Of a stretch of DNA of 64,000 nucleotides, positions 60,182 to 64,000 are shown piece after piece (the stretch's first letter is position 1; each line of letters opens with the position of its first letter). Source of the DNA: an uncultured delta proteobacterium (GTDB lineage: Bacteria > Myxococcota_A > Polyangia > Polyangiales > JAFGIB01). The position numbers and the translations under genes are program-made. The stretch is from the NCBI GenBank assembly GCA_963778655.1, contig CAVZVA010000009.1, positions 832,001 to 896,000 on the forward strand, read 5' to 3'. The notes below the pieces were generated by a model, which saw only the letters and a program-made list of their open reading frames with translations, was not told the origin of the DNA and did not search any database.

Positions 60182-61338
60182 GGCATGAGGTCCATGCTCA
60201 TAAGCATGGCATCAATGAAGAACTTCGTTGCCCAGTTGGGAAACGTCAAGCGTGAATAGGCCCCCCAGACCGGTTGTGACCCCTTGATTGCCCCACGTAT
60301 GTTGGGGTCCGATGTGGCGATGTCCTGCGTTCTCATCGTGTAACGTAGGGAGGAGAGAGCCGATCGGCGAAAAAGCTCATCGTTACGCTGTCGATACAAT
60401 TTTATCCAAACGATCGCCATCTGACAGTTTCCTGTCAGACAGCAGTAGGTCGCGCGAGGATGTCCAGCCGTGTCGATCTCCCCCGGCAAGAACCCGTCGC
60501 CATGCAGGCGATAGGTCACCACGCGGGCGCTGTTCTCGGCCGCATCGCTATAGCGCTCGTCTGAGAGCAGCAGCCCCGATTCGAGCAGGCCGCGGATCGT
60601 GTAAGCGATTGTGTGAGTGAAAGGTGGCCGTCCGGTCTCGAACGCATTCTGCTCGTAGTAGCCGTTGCGTTGCTGCGACAGCGCCCAGTCGAGGTTGGCC
60701 CGACTCACGGCTTCGCGCTCGGGCGTGGCCTTGAGCCTATGCAGCCGTAGCAAGGCCCACGCGGAGCGCGTGTTGTACACATGAGGGATCCCGTTGTGGA
60801 CGCTGCGCGTCCAGCGACCATCTCCGTCGGCCACCCGCACCAGCCAGTCGCCGGCGCGTTCAGCCGCGTGCAAGAACGCGCTCTCGCCGGTTTCTTCGAA
60901 CCCACGCACGAGGCCGTGCAGGACCTGGCCCGTATCGAATACGATGCCTTGTTGTTCGTGGTAGGCAGGGTTGGAAATGGAGCCATCCGCGTTTTGAACG
61001 CGACATAGCCACTCGCAGACGCGCACGGCGCGCGCGCGATAGTCGGGCCGACCGAGTGTCGCTGCAAGGTCGAAGAACGTCTCCGCTATGTAGCCCGAGG
61101 TCTCGCGGTAGGACGGGCGCCAGCCACCGCGTAGCGAGTACCCATAGCTGACTCCGCCGTTCGCTCCCTGGTCGTGCGCGCGCAGCAGCCAGTCGATCGC
61201 CGTATCGAGGTGCGCACGGGGTGGACCGAGCGGACCGTCGGGCCCCAGCAGGTCGCGTTTGAGCAGGGGAAGAAAGGGAAGTATCGGAAGGTTCAAGTTT
61301 GTTTGCCAGATGGTTGGATAGGAACCGCGTTCTATCAC
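60178..61338 (-). CDS. (alpha/alpha)-barrel protein with prenyltransferase/squalene-cyclase-like repeats, polysaccharide-locus associated
   Basis: SYRETSGYI, WLCRVQNADGS, FDTGQV, HTIAY, CLTGNCQ, PNWATKFFID; overlaps the wecG-like start. Confidence 0.7.
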   Translation of the reverse strand: MIERGSYPTIWQTNLNLPILPFLPLLKRDLLGPDGPLGPPRAHLDTAIDWLLRAHDQGANGGVSYGYSLRGGWRPSYRETSGYIAETFFDLAATLGRPDYRARAVRVCEWLCRVQNADGSISNPAYHEQQGIVFDTGQVLHGLVRGFEETGESAFLHAAERAGDWLVRVADGDGRWTRSVHNGIPHVYNTRSAWALLRLHRLKATPEREAVSRANLDWALSQQRNGYYEQNAFETGRPPFTHTIAYTIRGLLESGLLLSDERYSDAAENSARVVTYRLHGDGFLPGEIDTAGHPRATYCCLTGNCQMAIVWIKLYRQRNDELFRRSALSSLRYTMRTQDIATSDPNIRGAIKGSQPVWGAYSRLTFPNWATKFFIDAMLMSMDLMP

Positions 61339-61498
61339 ACCCGCTTCGGGCCACCCTTAGCCCAGCCGCGGAGGCTCCGCAAGCGATGCCATCGCGCGGC
61401 TAGCGACGCGCCGTGCTCGCCGTCGTCTCGGGTCGGCGAAGCACAGGCCACGCGGGGGCCTGAGGCGCTTGGAGCGCACCGGACTGCACGGCTTGGCG

Positions 61499-62368
61499 CT
61501 ACGCCCACTCGAGCGGGCCTTCGCTCACCCGAGTCTTCCACGTCGCGCAGGAGAGTGTCGTCCCGAGCTCGCGGCCGAGCGCTCCGAGATCGCGATCGAA
61601 GACCTGCTCCACGTGGGCGCGGGTGGACGGTGAGAGCTCGGGTCGCTCGTTCATCGAGAGGCGAGCCTTCAGCATGTCGCGGACAGCCTGCGGAACCAAG
61701 CGTCGCCGAAGCGCCGTCACCACAGGATCGTCCATGATTTGGCGTCCGAGCCTTCCCAGACGAAGTCGCTCACTGGAAATGTTTCGCTGGGCCATGTCCG
61801 CCTGCCATATCGGCTGGCCTTGGTAACCCAGGAATTTGCACACTCTCTCTAGCTCCGGCTGCGGGCTGCGCTGAAGTCGCTCAAGAAATACGGGCAGGAC
61901 ATTCTCCCGGCCATATGTCTCGAAGAACGGGGCCAGTTGGCGACGATAGCAACCGTAGTCACAAAGCTCCGAGTGGCGTTGTACGGCGAGATCGATTGGC
62001 GAGGTGATGACCCGCATGCTCCATTCATGCACGTAGTGGGAGACCAGACGATCCACCGGATGGCGCATGAGATAGACGAGCTTGAGCTGTGGCAGGAGCG
62101 CGCACATGCGGTCGATCGTCCTCGGATAGGTCGGAAGCTTCGTATAGTGCGTGCTCGACTCTCCGCGCAACATGGCGTCCGACCCGCGGGCGAATAGGTC
62201 CCGGTACCACGCGGTCCCGCGCGCGTACACCTCGTCGTTGGAGAAGAAGTTTGGTTCCTTCGGTTCGGACATGAACACGCCTGGCTGGCGAGCAAGCTGC
62301 TCGTGCAGCGTGCTGGTCGCGCACTTCATGGCACCGATTATGACGAAGTTGGGAAGCCCCGGGTCCAC
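61499..62368 (-). CDS. PAPS-dependent sulfotransferase
   Basis: PNFVIIGAMKCATSTL (5'-PSB loop), KEPNFF, GESSTHY, RHPVDRLVSHY (3'-PB). Confidence 0.93.
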   Translation of the reverse strand: MDPGLPNFVIIGAMKCATSTLHEQLARQPGVFMSEPKEPNFFSNDEVYARGTAWYRDLFARGSDAMLRGESSTHYTKLPTYPRTIDRMCALLPQLKLVYLMRHPVDRLVSHYVHEWSMRVITSPIDLAVQRHSELCDYGCYRRQLAPFFETYGRENVLPVFLERLQRSPQPELERVCKFLGYQGQPIWQADMAQRNISSERLRLGRLGRQIMDDPVVTALRRRLVPQAVRDMLKARLSMNERPELSPSTRAHVEQVFDRDLGALGRELGTTLSCATWKTRVSEGPLEWA

Positions 62369-62374
62369 GTTGTG

Positions 62375-63364
62375 TCACCGGCGAAGTGACGCCGATCCCT
62401 CGAAGATCCCCGTCCACTTGTCGAGCCATTCCTTCTCACAAGTGTGAGGTTGCTTCTTGCCGACGATTTCGCGGCTCAGGGAAATACCGCGCCCCGCGTG
62501 CCAGAGCAGATTGGCGAGCCACAGTCCCGAGGTGCCGTAGCCCTTGCGAAGGTAGCGGGTCCGAGAAGCGTAGAGGTAGCGAGGGGGGCGCTTTCGGGCA
62601 GCCACTTTGGCTTTGACGTCGGAGGTTCCTCCTCGCAAGTGTACGACGCGGGCTCCGGGAAAATATCGAATCTTGAACCCCGCAACGCGTGCTGCCCTGC
62701 AGTAGTCACTGTCCTCGAAATACATGAAGTAGCCTTCATCGAGCGGGCCTACCGATGCGATGACCTCGCGTCGAATCAGGGCGCACGCGAACGACACCCA
62801 GTCGGCCTCGCGTGGATCGTCGGTGACAGGCAGAGCCACCACGAAACGAGAAAGCAGCGTGGTGATGGGCCCGGTTTCCGCCCCCGCGATGAGCTCGCTG
62901 AGCGGTGAGTGATCGCGAAAACAAGATATCTGGGGTGTCGCGTCGGGCCACTCGAGTCGCGGGCCGATGATGCCGGCTTCTGGATGCGCCTCCGCATCAC
63001 GCAACAGCGCGGAGACCGCGCCTGGGCGCACGATCGTATCGCTGTTTAGCAGAAGGTAGTACTCAGCGTCCGTCGCGCGAATGCCGATGTTGTTGCCTGC
63101 GGAGAAGCCACCGTTGGTGGAGGAGCGCACGACTCTAGCCCAAGGGCTATAGTTGCGTTCGACGACGGCGGCTTCGATCCGTTCGGCGGAGTCGTCGCCC
63201 GATGCGTTGTCGACGACGAGCGCTTCGTCGACACCGGGCTCGAGCTGCCCATCGAGGGACTGCAGCGCATCCATGACGAGCGCGGGCGTTCGATAGTTGA
63301 CGATGACGACGCTCAAACGCATGGAAGCAGGCTCGACCGTGGCGGACCTATACTCTGGGCTCAT
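62375..63364 (-). CDS. GT2 family glycosyltransferase
   Basis: SVVIVNY, VDNASGD, NGGFSAGNN, LLNSD, FMYFEDSD. Confidence 0.95.
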   Translation of the reverse strand: MSPEYRSATVEPASMRLSVVIVNYRTPALVMDALQSLDGQLEPGVDEALVVDNASGDDSAERIEAAVVERNYSPWARVVRSSTNGGFSAGNNIGIRATDAEYYLLLNSDTIVRPGAVSALLRDAEAHPEAGIIGPRLEWPDATPQISCFRDHSPLSELIAGAETGPITTLLSRFVVALPVTDDPREADWVSFACALIRREVIASVGPLDEGYFMYFEDSDYCRAARVAGFKIRYFPGARVVHLRGGTSDVKAKVAARKRPPRYLYASRTRYLRKGYGTSGLWLANLLWHAGRGISLSREIVGKKQPHTCEKEWLDKWTGIFEGSASLRR

Positions 63365-63444
63365 TTGTGACGCAAGCTTGTGAATCGGCTAGGGATCACT
63401 GGGGGCGCGTATGCTACAGTGGCGCACAGGTTGCGGCCAGCCCG

Positions 63445-63981
63445 ATGGCAGAGGAACGTCAGAGCCGCGTGGCCTCGGAGCACACGAGGATTTCCTCGGT
63501 GGCGCCGGATTGGTCGCGCGAGAGATGTGGTCGTTGGGAGTGGCATCCGTCGCGACGGCTGCTGCGGACCATCCGGCGCTACCAGAATCAACCTCCTGGG
63601 TTGTTCGGATGGCTCGCGAGGAAGCTCTGCGTTCTCGAGCACCGTGCATGGAGCGCCGTTTGCGGGGCCGACATTCCTCTGGACAGCAAGATCGGCGGCG
63701 GCTTGCTGCTGCCCCATCCCAACGGAGTGGTGATTCACCCGGGCGCCGTGGTCGGTCCCAATTGCCTCTTGTTTCAGCAGGTCACCCTAGGGACCGGAGG
63801 CGACAAGCCAGGTGTTCCGTGTCTCGCAGGCCACGTGGACGTCGGGGCGGGCGCGAAGATCCTCGGCGGGGTTCGCATTGGCGAGCACGCGCTGATCGGC
63901 GCCAATGCGGTGGTGTTGTGCGATGTACCCGCAGGTGCGACCGCCGTGGGCGTGCCGGCGCGCGTGTTGGCACCGCGCTGA
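63445..63981 (+). CDS. Serine acetyltransferase-like (WcaB-type) O-acetyltransferase
   Basis: IGGGLLLPHPNGVVIH, QQVTLG, VGAGAKILG, IGANAVV..DVP, VGVPA. Confidence 0.9.
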   Translation: MAEERQSRVASEHTRISSVAPDWSRERCGRWEWHPSRRLLRTIRRYQNQPPGLFGWLARKLCVLEHRAWSAVCGADIPLDSKIGGGLLLPHPNGVVIHPGAVVGPNCLLFQQVTLGTGGDKPGVPCLAGHVDVGAGAKILGGVRIGEHALIGANAVVLCDVPAGATAVGVPARVLAPR

Positions 63982-64000
63982 AGGGTTCCGCTGCCGCGCT

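Overview
High-GC window, inferred to come from a myxobacterium (Polyangiales/Sandaracinus-like): Ser/Thr kinases next to PEGA proteins and an ECF sigma factor, many Cys/Gly-rich lipoproteins, and a DUF1592/DUF1552 pair. Layout: (1) 85-5459, a minus-strand EGF/beta-propeller, kinase, TPR-PEGA, ECF sigma operon; (2) 5.7-22 kb, catabolic and detoxification genes mixed with about ten truncated or frameshifted gene remnants; (3) 22-35 kb, a second kinase, a TonB-dependent receptor and a cluster of Cys-rich lipoproteins, one with LDL-receptor class A repeats; (4) 35-45 kb, membrane and housekeeping genes (ClC, SPFH/NfeD, AT-hook protein, MFS, RlmI-like, TerC); (5) 45.5-64 kb, a Wzx/Wzy polysaccharide locus with a sulfotransferase, two acetyltransferases and a Wzc with a degenerate kinase domain. 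The most notable element is a translationally coupled pair at 14166-15940: a SAM methyltransferase (CpaM-like) and a fused HgcAB-like corrinoid/membrane/ferredoxin protein with non-canonical motifs, near a GST and a broken arsC. It may be a corrinoid methyl-relay system of unknown substrate. No rRNA, tRNA, CRISPR array or intact transposase/integrase was seen. All family calls come from reading motifs by eye, not from database searches.
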